From the IMG/VR virus record IMGVR_UViG_3300028176_000002, positions 32,497-96,496 of that record: 64,000 bases of DNA. The stretch is one strand, 5' to 3'. Below the pieces are notes generated by a model that was not told the DNA's origin, searched no databases, and was given only the letters and a program-made list of their open reading frames with translations. The position numbers were made by a program, and so were the translations under genes. Shown piece after piece: positions 9,396 through 19,387 of the stretch (the stretch's first letter is position 1; each line of letters starts with the position of its first letter). The stretch comes from a virus.

Positions 9396-11043
9396 TTAAT
9401 TTAGACCATTTCTGGGGTTTGGGTATTATATTTTTCCAATCTATATACATTGCATCAAGTATTTTTTCACTGTTATTAGGAACCATGAAAGCACTATTAT
9501 AAAAATTCTTTTTAATTAAAGGGGATATATCTTCTTTATTTCCTATTTTTCTATAAGGAATAATATGATATTCCTCATTTTCAATCCATGAGGTCCAAAC
9601 ATCAACAACAGTTTTATTACTGGGAGAAGATACACGCAGTTGTCCGCCATTATTATGGCATTTAACAAGTAATCCCACATGTCTTAAATCCCATGCAATT
9701 CTTTCCACTTCTTTTTTTACGTCTTCTACATTGGTGTATTTACTTAAATATGCAAAATCTATATCACTATCTCCTGGGATAAAACTATTATCTCTTATCG
9801 TACCTAATAATGTTCCATAAATCATATACAATTGTAAATTTAGTTTATTTTTAAAATAATCTTCAATATCTTTCATATCTTTTAAGTTCTGAGATTTTAA
9901 CTTATTATTTCTATCTGCAAAAGTGGTTACACTGTGGTCTTTTTCTCCAGGAAATTTAGTAGTTAAATATTCTTTATTAAATAATTTTTGTTCGTCATGT
10001 TGAACATTTTTTCTATTAATAGTTCTAACATCTTCTGGAATATCCTTTAGACTATCTAGTAGTATACACGCATTTCTAGATTCTTCATATTTTCCAATCC
10101 AATAAGAAGATATACTCAATTCAAATAATAAACAATAATCATATGTTGGTAAATTAACAAAAAGCATATCATGTGGTTTAGGTATTTCTAATCCTTTTTT
10201 AGTAAATAAATAAGCTTGCTGATATTCCCCATTATTCCTGCATATATATGCTAACTTATATAAAGGTTCTGCTCTGGAAGGTCTATATTCCCATGATTTT
10301 AAATAAGCTAATTTAGCATTATCATTATCTTTTAATAATTCATAACAATATCCAATTTGATATAGAGAATAAAATACCTCTTGGTCCCAACCTTTCATTT
10401 CAACTCTTTTATTAAATGTTTCAATTGCTTTTTCGTATTGTCCTACATCACGATATGTATTTGCCAAATAGAAATAATACCGAGCATTATTAGGTTCATC
10501 TTTTACACCCTGCAGTAATAAGGTTAAATCATTCATTCCTTTGGGTCTAGCCGGTCCGTGGCGGTCATGATTGATGCTCAATGAAGTAATTCTCTCTCTC
10601 GTTTTAATATCCTCAGCATACCAATACTCATGCACACAGCCAACACTTTTCCACGCCAAACGATTATTAAATAACAGGTGATTAGAAAATTCACTTCCTG
10701 CCCAATGGATAATTGTTTCGTATTGGTCTGCTACCAATTTATTTTTATCAAATCCATTTAATTCTACTAGGAAATCTGCATCTAACATCAATGAGTAATC
10801 TGCTTTATCTTTAGTTAATACAGCCACCTCACTACGATTATATCCAAAATTAACCCACGGACGATGTACGTATTCTCCCGGAATACTTTTTAATACTTCT
10901 TTGGCAATAATTTCAGTATCATCAGTAGAGCCGGTATCGCAGATAACCCAATAATCTATAATGGGCTTGACAGCTTCTAATGTTGCTCGAATATTTAGAG
11001 CCTCATTTTTCACCATCATTCCTAAACATAATGTTTTACTCAT
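9352..11043 (-). CDS. GT2-TPR-LicD fusion protein
   Basis: MMVKNE..DTGSTD..LDAD..VHE; TPR repeats (FYLANTYRD); GTLLGTIRD..DSDID. Confidence 0.85.
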   Translation of the reverse strand: MSKTLCLGMMVKNEALNIRATLEAVKPIIDYWVICDTGSTDDTEIIAKEVLKSIPGEYVHRPWVNFGYNRSEVAVLTKDKADYSLMLDADFLVELNGFDKNKLVADQYETIIHWAGSEFSNHLLFNNRLAWKSVGCVHEYWYAEDIKTRERITSLSINHDRHGPARPKGMNDLTLLLQGVKDEPNNARYYFYLANTYRDVGQYEKAIETFNKRVEMKGWDQEVFYSLYQIGYCYELLKDNDNAKLAYLKSWEYRPSRAEPLYKLAYICRNNGEYQQAYLFTKKGLEIPKPHDMLFVNLPTYDYCLLFELSISSYWIGKYEESRNACILLDSLKDIPEDVRTINRKNVQHDEQKLFNKEYLTTKFPGEKDHSVTTFADRNNKLKSQNLKDMKDIEDYFKNKLNLQLYMIYGTLLGTIRDNSFIPGDSDIDFAYLSKYTNVEDVKKEVERIAWDLRHVGLLVKCHNNGGQLRVSSPSNKTVVDVWTSWIENEEYHIIPYRKIGNKEDISPLIKKNFYNSAFMVPNNSEKILDAMYIDWKNIIPKPQKWSKLNEWKRLDYEGGSDV

Positions 11044-11184
11044 TCTTCTACCTCACATTCATAAATTTCAGTACCATCATCTTTTAATTCTTTTAATTTC
11101 CACGGTAAAGAATTAAGCATTGAATCTAAATCTTTTCCATTCATTCCCATTTTATTAAATTTATTATAAAGTGCCAAAAAGAAA

Positions 11185-11622
11185 TTATCCACGATTGACC
11201 TCTGTTTTTGTAGACTTACTATAAATGATTGTATTATCGGGAACATTTTTTGTGATTACCGTTCCTGCTCCAACAAGAACATTCTTCCCAATCTTCACGG
11301 GTAAGATAGTAGAATTAGAACCTATTGATGAATTATTTCCTACATAGGTCTTTTCCATAACCCAATCTTTATTATTGACCCGAGGATTTTTATCATTTGT
11401 AAAAACGACAGAGTGTCCAATAAATACATCATTACCTAATATTACTCCTCCACAAATAAAAGAATGAGATTGTATTCTGCAATTTTTACCTATAATAACT
11501 CCTCTGGTAATTTCTACAAAAGGACCTATAAAACTTCCCGAACCGATTTCGCATTCATAGAGATTAACTAATTCTGGGTGAGGTATTTTTACGTTTTTTC
11601 CTAATTTAACATTCTTTATCAT
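11185..11622 (-). CDS. Hexapeptide-repeat (sugar) acetyltransferase
   Basis: Left-handed beta-helix repeats IGSGSFIG, IGKNCRI, FTNDK. Confidence 0.85.
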   Translation of the reverse strand: MIKNVKLGKNVKIPHPELVNLYECEIGSGSFIGPFVEITRGVIIGKNCRIQSHSFICGGVILGNDVFIGHSVVFTNDKNPRVNNKDWVMEKTYVGNNSSIGSNSTILPVKIGKNVLVGAGTVITKNVPDNTIIYSKSTKTEVNRG

Positions 11623-11840
11623 AATAAATCTCTCTTTCGCAGACCTAAATTTTTTAACATTTCTTCATCAGCATCCCATCTTAAATGTTCATCTCGGTCT
11701 TGCGGATTAAGTTTATAAAATAGAGTATTGCATCTTAAACATTTATATCCTTTTTTTAATTTCGAAGTTTTAATACCATAGCAGTAAGGGCATGATGTTT
11801 TATACATTATTTTTCTCATTTTAACCTCCTGATGGTCCAT
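11619..11840 (-). CDS. Small Zn-ribbon protein
   Basis: CPYC...CLRC. Confidence 0.5.
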   Translation of the reverse strand: MDHQEVKMRKIMYKTSCPYCYGIKTSKLKKGYKCLRCNTLFYKLNPQDRDEHLRWDADEEMLKNLGLRKRDLL

Positions 11841-11981
11841 CGTATGTTATTGGTCTATTTCCATTTTCCTCTGGATTTACTTTATATTTATCATCTCGAC
11901 ACTCATAACATCTTTTACCGTATATGATTTTAATTCCACAATGAATGCATACTCGCTTATTTTTTATCTTTATTATTTTAA

Positions 11982-13160
11982 TCATTTAATCTCCAATCTT
12001 TTAATAAGTGGAAGGCATAAAAAACTTGTCAAAGCCGATGCAATAATAAGCCAATGTAATCCTATCTTGGGGAAAAGAAAGGCTCCTGTCAATGAACTGG
12101 CAGTTCCCGCAGCAAGGTTGTTTATACCACATAATAGAGCAAATGTAGTGGCTTCTAGACCCTTTATGGATGATTTAGCCATCCAATCCATTATAATAAG
12201 GTGAATTATCATACCTATTAAACTATAAAGGATTAAATATATTACAGCAGTATATGGTTTATAATATAAATAAGACAACGTAGTACACGCACCCAAAAAC
12301 ACAGAATAATATAACCATTTTTTAGTATTAATCTTCTGGCATATTTTCCAATAAATCATGGCACCAATTATTGAAACAACAGAAGAAATACTTCCTAAAA
12401 TTCCTATCCATGCAAAACTCCATTTAAAAATATCTCGCTCCACGTAAGATAATGGTGTGCCAAAAGAGGGAGAAAATTTATATAAGAATAAGAACAGACA
12501 AGCCCAGAGAAACGATTTATGTCTAAAAATTTCTTTATACGGTTTTATAGTGTCTATTAACTTGATTCTAATCCTTTTTACTTTTTCTTCTTTGTAAAAA
12601 TAAAGAGGAATAAACATTATTAAATAGAACGGTATAATCCACAAAAATCCTGTTTTATAGTTGTAGTGTTCAGCTAAATAACCACCTAAAAATCCGGTTA
12701 TAATTGTTGAGGCGGTAATAAACATCCACTGGATGCTCTGAATCTTTCCGGTAATATCATATTTTTTTCCTTCTACGCACATTGTTCCATCCACCCCAGT
12801 ATCTCTTATAGCTGAATCTGCAGAATTAATAAACATTAATGTAATCAAGAAAACTGCAGGAGCAGACCATAGTCCCAAAAATAAAACAGTTATAAGGTCT
12901 AAAACAAGCGAAAGAGTAATCCAAGTTTTTCGGGATAAGAATTGGTCTATACAGTATCCCCATATAATCTTCGGTATCCACGCCAGTCCTATGATAGAAT
13001 TAATATACATCAATTTCTCAGGAGAATACATTAATACTTCTTTGAAATATTTAAAAATGGATAACGATGGCAGCCCTGAGAAGCCCTGTAAAAAATAACA
13101 GGAAGCCGACATGGTAAATATCCAAAATAACTGTTTAGAATCTGTTTTTAATGTTTTCAT
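11982..13160 (-). CDS. MFS transporter, folate/biopterin (BT1)-like
   Basis: ~12 hydrophobic segments; WIPKIIWG..D, D..VDG, GLEATTFAL. Confidence 0.75.
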   Translation of the reverse strand: MKTLKTDSKQLFWIFTMSASCYFLQGFSGLPSLSIFKYFKEVLMYSPEKLMYINSIIGLAWIPKIIWGYCIDQFLSRKTWITLSLVLDLITVLFLGLWSAPAVFLITLMFINSADSAIRDTGVDGTMCVEGKKYDITGKIQSIQWMFITASTIITGFLGGYLAEHYNYKTGFLWIIPFYLIMFIPLYFYKEEKVKRIRIKLIDTIKPYKEIFRHKSFLWACLFLFLYKFSPSFGTPLSYVERDIFKWSFAWIGILGSISSVVSIIGAMIYWKICQKINTKKWLYYSVFLGACTTLSYLYYKPYTAVIYLILYSLIGMIIHLIIMDWMAKSSIKGLEATTFALLCGINNLAAGTASSLTGAFLFPKIGLHWLIIASALTSFLCLPLIKRLEIK

Positions 13161-13377
13161 AGATTGATTTAATGAGATTATAAAACTTTTCAGTTGACAT
13201 GTTCCGTTTAGCGTAGTTACAATGTTTACAACACGGTACTACATTATCTAATATATAACCTTTAGCATTGTCTATTCGGTCTAAACCGTTATAGGTGTAA
13301 TCAAAGTAATCAGATTTTTTAACGTCTTCTAGTGTTGTCGCTTTTGAATATAAATCTTCTATAATCGGATTGCTCAT
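13135..13377 (-). CDS. Truncated HNH-like endonuclease
   Basis: GLDRIDNAKGYILDNVVPCCKHCNYAK, same family as 8295..8777 but lacking the N-terminal part. Confidence 0.6.
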   Translation of the reverse strand: MSNPIIEDLYSKATTLEDVKKSDYFDYTYNGLDRIDNAKGYILDNVVPCCKHCNYAKRNMSTEKFYNLIKSIYENIKNRF

Positions 13378-13498
13378 AAATTCCTTAATAATAAATTACA
13401 CCAATCATAATTAAAATAAACAATATATACACTACAGCAGCACTTAATATACCTATTCCTAAAATTAAAGCAATCATCCCTTCCTCCTATCCTTTGTT

Positions 13499-13637
13499 TG
13501 GTTGTGGGGCTTGGCAGGATTTGAACCTGCAAAACTTGTTTTATTTCCTTTACGGTTAATACGGCTCTACGCTTTTAAGGACTTTATCAAGTTAACACCG
13601 TAATCGTTCGGCGTATTCGATACGCTCCTGCCCCACA
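13499..13637 (-). ncRNA. tRNA-like structured RNA (non-canonical, ~139 nt)
   Basis: Perfect T-arm GCAGG-TTCAAAT-CCTGC; ends TGTGGGGC/GCCCCACA pair and are followed by ACCA; no canonical anticodon arm. Confidence 0.6.
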
Positions 13638-14081
13638 TCTATTTATCCTTAATTTCTACTAAAAAATAGTGCCATACATAGTAATAATCTTTATAATTAG
13701 ATATTTCCGCATTCATCAACCCATTCTTTATAGTTGATAAATAAATTGCTCCTTCGGGTATTTGTTCTCCTGTTGCATACTTAAATATCTTCTTCATTCT
13801 TTCTCCCCCTCTTCTTGGTGGTGAGTTGGTTCTTATCTTTTTTACATTTTCCGCATTTTAATTTAATCGTATAAGTCATACAATAACAATGAGGACACAA
13901 TGAAACATTCCCTAATTCCATTAACCCCACTAAACTATTACGCTTCTTGGTCATTTGATTTCCTTCCAGATTAACCCCTTACCACAATAAGGACAGTAAC
14001 GATAATTTGTATCAGTAATATGCAAAGACTCTTTTTCTCGTTTATCGCAATTATGAATAGATATCTTACGCTTCTTGGTCG

Positions 14082-14984
14082 TCATTTGAGCCTCCTTATA
14101 AAATTAATTAACGATTTGATAGGAACGCCATTCGCACGACCATCGGCACCGAAGGCACTACTGGCGATATCTAAATGGATGAAATTTTGAGGATACTTAA
14201 CAAACTGACGGATAAAAAGCCCTCCCTGGCTTGTTCCCCCTTTAAATTCCTTAATATAATTTTTTATTGGTTCTTTTTTATAATAATCTTGCATATAATC
14301 GAACCACGGTAATGCCCAAGCCAGCTCACCAGCCTCGTGAGATGCTTCTGCGTACTTCTTTAATAAATCTTCACTATCTGACATAACTGCTGTAGCTCGG
14401 TCTCCAATAGCATATTCACATGAACCCGTTAATGTCGCAATAGTGATAATTATATCACTCTCAGTGATAGGGAGGGTCGATATTGCCTCGGCGAGCACAA
14501 GTCTGCCCTCAGCATCAGTATCTGTAACACGAACACTATGATTACCTATCGGAATAATGTCTCCAGGAGTTATACGACTATTTTGGACGAAATTGGTCGT
14601 AACGGGGCAATACGCTATGACATTACCTTTAAGATAATTGGCAACATTCATTGCAATTATCATTCCGGCTTTATCATTAGTCATATCGGTCATATGACCT
14701 GCTGGTTTAACATCTAGTCCACCACTGTCAAATAGAATTCCCTTGCCAATAATATAAATATTCTTAGTTTTTGGAGTTGGGAGTTTATAGTTCGACGTAA
14801 TTATCCGGGCATAAAAATTATCCCCAGACATTAGTTTAATAGGCAGATTTTTAGCGGTGTCAATTGTAACAGGATTTAACTCATGACTGTGAAGTACAGC
14901 AAAGCAGTTTTCTAGGTTGAATCTATTGTAGGGTAGGTCGATTAGCTTGCGAGTGGTGCTAATCACCTTGTTTAAATTATCCAT
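14082..14984 (-). CDS. M17 leucyl aminopeptidase (catalytic domain only)
   Basis: GKGILFDSGG, DKAG, TDAEGRL, ATLTG, HLDIA. Confidence 0.9.
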   Translation of the reverse strand: MDNLNKVISTTRKLIDLPYNRFNLENCFAVLHSHELNPVTIDTAKNLPIKLMSGDNFYARIITSNYKLPTPKTKNIYIIGKGILFDSGGLDVKPAGHMTDMTNDKAGMIIAMNVANYLKGNVIAYCPVTTNFVQNSRITPGDIIPIGNHSVRVTDTDAEGRLVLAEAISTLPITESDIIITIATLTGSCEYAIGDRATAVMSDSEDLLKKYAEASHEAGELAWALPWFDYMQDYYKKEPIKNYIKEFKGGTSQGGLFIRQFVKYPQNFIHLDIASSAFGADGRANGVPIKSLINFIRRLK

Positions 14985-15025
14985 CTCTCCTCCTTATCTT
15001 TAACCGAAATTTAACCTTCATACTA

Positions 15026-15049
15026 AAGTATACCATATTTTCTCCGCAA
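15026..15049 (-). promoter_or_regulatory. GCGGAG-N9-TATACT promoter (copy 1)
   Basis: Minus strand TTGCGGAGAAAATATGGTATACTT, intergenic. Confidence 0.7.
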
Positions 15050-15306
15050 TTTTCATTAAAATCATAATTATTTTTAATCTTCATCATATACAAAATCGCA
15101 TGCCCGGCATGCAGTTTCCCAAGATACGTCATCTTCGTGAAGTTGCCATGAAGCTGTAGTAACTACCCCACCGCAAATACACCTCTCCGGGTGTCTCTTT
15201 TCTCCATAATTACGGTAATACCATACCTTTAGGACATCTGCTAGATTAAGTCCGAATCTAGTTCTGTAGGGCAATCTCTCTAAAAAATGAAGTAAGATTA
15301 TCATTA

Positions 15307-15882
15307 TCATAGTTTTCTCCAGTTCATAATAAGCCACGGAATACATAGATAATTTAACCACATAACTATTTTAAAACTTATTTTAACCATCTTTGCAAAT
15401 ATTAATGTTCCTTTTTCTTTCCCCCAGATTTTCATACATAAAGGGAAGAATGCGATATACCCACCATCCAAACAAGGTATAATTGGTATTAGATTCATTA
15501 TACCTAATGATACACTTATTGTTCCAAAGTAAAATAAATTTTGATTTAACGTTTTTAATCCAATCAACCCGACAATTAACCCTGAAATTATATTCACAGC
15601 ACATCCTGCTGCTGAAATAAATAATTTTTTAATGTATCTTAAATTAGTAAAAGCTGTAGAATTGTTACTTTCAGTTAATTCATCTTCCAATTCACAAAAT
15701 CCTCCTAATGGAAGTAACCGAAATTGATAATTAGTTTTTCCTATTTTTTTCTGAAACAGTATTTTACCAAAACCTACTGCATACGTAGGAACTCCACATC
15801 TACATAACTTTGCAGCGATTAAGTGTCCAAATTCATGTACAATCACACAAATATATAAAGATGTTAGAAATTGAATAATCAT
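15307..15882 (-). CDS. M50 site-2 intramembrane metalloprotease (RseP-like, no PDZ)
   Basis: HEFGH, GFG, LPLGGF, NLIP..LDGG. Confidence 0.9.
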   Translation of the reverse strand: MIIQFLTSLYICVIVHEFGHLIAAKLCRCGVPTYAVGFGKILFQKKIGKTNYQFRLLPLGGFCELEDELTESNNSTAFTNLRYIKKLFISAAGCAVNIISGLIVGLIGLKTLNQNLFYFGTISVSLGIMNLIPIIPCLDGGYIAFFPLCMKIWGKEKGTLIFAKMVKISFKIVMWLNYLCIPWLIMNWRKL

Positions 15883-16424
15883 TCTTCGTTCTCCATAATA
15901 TAAGTAAAAAATGCATACCAGTAATCACGATTATGTAACGTTTCCCTATGACAATTTCTACATAAGGATATTAAATTCTTAGGTTCATTATTAGATTTAT
16001 CATAATCAATATGATGGACTGATAATTTTTCTTTGTATTGACGTTTATGGCATACTTGGCATTTATGATTATCTCTGCTTCTTATCGTTTCTCTGACGTA
16101 ATAAAATTCTTTTGGATGCAAGCAATCGGAATAAGGAATTCCTGTTCCTCCCTGCACTAAACTCATATGTTTTCTAAAAATTTCAGAACGTAATTTTCCC
16201 TTATTAAATTTACCCACTATCTGTCTATAATGATTCCAACATAATTTAGATTTATAATTCGTAAGTTGTTTACTGCATACGGTACATCTGGGTTTTCCCT
16301 TTTTAAAAGTAGCACTGTTTTCGGGGATTGCAATCCATTTACGGTAACATTTTCTACTACAAAATTTTACTTTTGAAGCCGGTGTCTTAAATTTTTTGTT
16401 GCATTGTTTACAATATTTAATCAC
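15879..16424 (-). CDS. HNH endonuclease
   Basis: RDNHKCQVC..VHHIDYDKSNN..NLISLCRNCH. Confidence 0.85.
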   Translation of the reverse strand: MIKYCKQCNKKFKTPASKVKFCSRKCYRKWIAIPENSATFKKGKPRCTVCSKQLTNYKSKLCWNHYRQIVGKFNKGKLRSEIFRKHMSLVQGGTGIPYSDCLHPKEFYYVRETIRSRDNHKCQVCHKRQYKEKLSVHHIDYDKSNNEPKNLISLCRNCHRETLHNRDYWYAFFTYIMENEE

Positions 16425-17122
16425 TATTTACTTCTCCATTTTCTATCGAAAATAGTTATTCCGTTGAGGTGGTCTATTTCGTGTGCTACACAAAAGGCTT
16501 CCAAATCTTGTATAGATGCTACTTGGGGTTTTAAATCTTCATTTAAATACTCAATTGTTATGTAAATGTTTCTTTTTGTATCTACGGTTATTCCTGGGAA
16601 GGAGCAACATCCTTCTCTGTTTACTCGAATAGGATTGGATACTTCTATGATTTGAGGATTAATTAAAACCTTTTCGTGATACTCAATTAAATTCTTCTCT
16701 TTATTTATTGATGGAATGCTAATAAAACACACACATTTCTTAATACCGATTTGAGGAGCAGATAAACCAATCGCATTCGGTTGCCATTTTAGTGTATCTT
16801 TTAATGCTTGAATGATTCCTTTTACATCATCTTCAATTGTTATTTTCTCACATGGCAGTTTTAAGATACTTCTTTCTGTAACTAAGGGAAGATTCTTTTT
16901 TACAATAACCGGTGCATCTTCCTTGATATAATCTTTAGGATTGTCTATCATCTTTTTTAGTGCTTCTCGTTCACTACGAGTAAGATAACCTTTTTCCATT
17001 TTTATTTTATTATCAGAAATATATTTTTCGTATTCTAATTTATTCATTATAATGCCCTCCCGATAATCAGTAATATTGTTCCTATAATTATTCCCCAAAC
17101 ATACGAAACTGGTAAAAACCAA
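16424..17122 (-). CDS. def: Peptide deformylase (likely start 17047)
   Basis: GLSAPQIG, EGCCS (EGCLS variant), HEIDHLNG. Confidence 0.9.
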   Translation of the reverse strand: MVFTSFVCLGNNYRNNITDYREGIIMNKLEYEKYISDNKIKMEKGYLTRSEREALKKMIDNPKDYIKEDAPVIVKKNLPLVTERSILKLPCEKITIEDDVKGIIQALKDTLKWQPNAIGLSAPQIGIKKCVCFISIPSINKEKNLIEYHEKVLINPQIIEVSNPIRVNREGCCSFPGITVDTKRNIYITIEYLNEDLKPQVASIQDLEAFCVAHEIDHLNGITIFDRKWRSK

Positions 17123-17487
17123 ATCCAGCGTTTATGCCAAAATATCCTTCCAGGTTTAAAATTTTTAAATCCGTATAAATTATTTTCTAGAAACCAAAAC
17201 CAATCTTCCGCAATCCAATACCAACTAAAAAATCCCATTATTAATAATTCGTGTTTTAGCGTTATAGGAATAAATAAATAAGGACTATGAAATATGACTA
17301 TATACATAATCAACATCCAAAAATGGTATCCCGTAATTTCTTTACCTAAAATTAACTGTGTAAATTTATTGTCTACTCTCCAGCATGGTAATTTTAATGC
17401 CCACCCTGCCTTCTTTCCCTCAATCATGAGTTCAAGTTTTGCATGCAAGGCTGCTAGAAATAATAGGTATATTACTATTTTAATCAT
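17047..17487 (-). CDS. Multi-pass membrane protein
   Basis: Several hydrophobic, Trp-rich segments. Confidence 0.6.
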   Translation of the reverse strand: MIKIVIYLLFLAALHAKLELMIEGKKAGWALKLPCWRVDNKFTQLILGKEITGYHFWMLIMYIVIFHSPYLFIPITLKHELLIMGFFSWYWIAEDWFWFLENNLYGFKNFKPGRIFWHKRWIWFLPVSYVWGIIIGTILLIIGRAL

Positions 17488-18944
17488 TTAATTTTACTTT
17501 CCCCGTTTTGTCTTATAATGTCAATCTTATTTACATCTTCAATCTCAGGTAGATTCTGGTAGATTATAAAATATTGAAATGGTAATGTCTTACAAATCTC
17601 TATAAATTTAAGAAAATTAACCGCATCCATGTTACCTAAACCTTCATCTGCGATTATAATACCTTCATTTTCGCCTTTGTGGAGTAATATAGCCAGTTTA
17701 AAGACACTACTTAAAAAACATTTCTGACCGGAAGAAAGTTGTTCGTATTTTAATTCATTCTCACCGTTCTTAATTTTAATAAAATCTTTCTCTGCGTTAA
17801 ATTCTACTTGCATGTTTACTTCTTTTAATAAGTTATTGATAATTACCGCCAATTGTTTAAGCCATTGATTAATAAAATATCCTGCAAATGAGTCTAATAA
17901 CTTTACTGATTCACTATACATTAATACGTCTTTAGCAGTATACTTGTAATCCTTAAATTTAAACGCTTCTTTTAATTTTAGTAAACATTCTCTTGCCTTC
18001 TGTTCTTCGCCCTGCAGTTTACTTAGTGTTTCACTATAATACTCCAGTGCATTTAGTTCATTGTCTAACTGCAATTTTAATTCGGCAATCTCTTTATTCC
18101 AAATAGCAATTTCATTATTTATTGCTAATTCTTGACTAGGCGTAATTTGTTTAGTTATCTGAGTACATTTTGTCTTCAAAATAGGGCAAATCCCACTCTT
18201 CTGGGCTTCTTGCATCTCGTATCTTCGATTATTAATTAAACGTTCTCGGGTCTGTATTTCTGATTTTAATTTATTGGCGATACCATTTTGAAGTTCCCCG
18301 TCTTTCTCAAACTCGCTATAGTTTTTCTTTATATCATCTAATCCCGCATTAAGAATCTGTACTCTACGTTCTGACAAATAAAATTTATAATATCTTTTAT
18401 CTACATTATACGTTTCTCTTTCTGATTTTTTAAGTAATAGATTCTTTCTTATTCCGGTAAATAAGTCATCTACAAAGTTCATTAACTCTTTTCTAAGAGA
18501 AGTAATTCCTAAATCTAATAAGTTAATCCCTTTTGAATCAATCATTCTAAATTTTTTAAAGAAATCGTAATTTCCGAATTGTTCATCTATAAACTGTTGT
18601 TTGATGGTAACCGTATTTCCTTCTACAATACTTCCATTAAGAAAAATAGTTAAATCGCTAGGTATACTCCTAGTGATTACAAACGTGTCGTAACCTTTTT
18701 TGATTACAATTGTAACCTCGGTCTCTTTAGTGCCAATTCTAACTAAATCTTTTAAATTAATCCCTGAAACATCACCATAAAGGCAGAAAGTAATAGCGTT
18801 CTTTACTAATGTAGTCTTTCCAGAACCATTAGAAGATGACTGAGTATCATCTAAATTAACACCAGAAATAACATTAATCTTATTCAATGTTACTTCCGTA
18901 AATTTAAATAACTCGAAATTTTTAAGACTTAGTTTTTCTAACAT
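17484..18944 (-). CDS. SbcC/Rad50/gp46-like ATPase
   Basis: NGSGKTT, coiled coil with central Cys pair, LSSGQ, IIADEG. Confidence 0.9.
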   Translation of the reverse strand: MLEKLSLKNFELFKFTEVTLNKINVISGVNLDDTQSSSNGSGKTTLVKNAITFCLYGDVSGINLKDLVRIGTKETEVTIVIKKGYDTFVITRSIPSDLTIFLNGSIVEGNTVTIKQQFIDEQFGNYDFFKKFRMIDSKGINLLDLGITSLRKELMNFVDDLFTGIRKNLLLKKSERETYNVDKRYYKFYLSERRVQILNAGLDDIKKNYSEFEKDGELQNGIANKLKSEIQTRERLINNRRYEMQEAQKSGICPILKTKCTQITKQITPSQELAINNEIAIWNKEIAELKLQLDNELNALEYYSETLSKLQGEEQKARECLLKLKEAFKFKDYKYTAKDVLMYSESVKLLDSFAGYFINQWLKQLAVIINNLLKEVNMQVEFNAEKDFIKIKNGENELKYEQLSSGQKCFLSSVFKLAILLHKGENEGIIIADEGLGNMDAVNFLKFIEICKTLPFQYFIIYQNLPEIEDVNKIDIIRQNGESKIK

Positions 18945-19117
18945 AATTTACTCGCTCTTTTACTCCTAAATAAATCTGTTCCCATTCATCTACAGTCATC
19001 CACCCATCATGGATGCACCCGGCTATTGCAGTAACTACATCAAAAACTTTGCAGTGTTCTATTTTAACCTCTTTTGGGTCGTCTTTCTTATATTTACTTT
19101 TTCCCTTTCGTGGCAAT

Positions 19118-19387
19118 TTAAAAATCCTCCTCTTGATGAATTTTCTTTAGTTCTTTTGCAGAAAATTTAGAATCTTTCTTTTTATTAGGAACGACTCTAG
19201 TCTTAGGATTTATTGCCCAGACTTTTCGTTCATCTGCATGAACATCACACGGTTGTTTACACTCAGTGCATGAATAATAATACGTTCCTTCAAAGTCTTT
19301 TCCTTTTCCAAAATCAGTTCCTTCTTCAATCTTTACAATTGCATTACAGCAATTTGATTTTAATGTAGATTTATTTTTCTTACTCAT
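19118..19387 (-). CDS. Small Cys-rich hypothetical protein
   Basis: SNCCNA...CTECKQPC. Confidence 0.55.
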   Translation of the reverse strand: MSKKNKSTLKSNCCNAIVKIEEGTDFGKGKDFEGTYYYSCTECKQPCDVHADERKVWAINPKTRVVPNKKKDSKFSAKELKKIHQEEDF

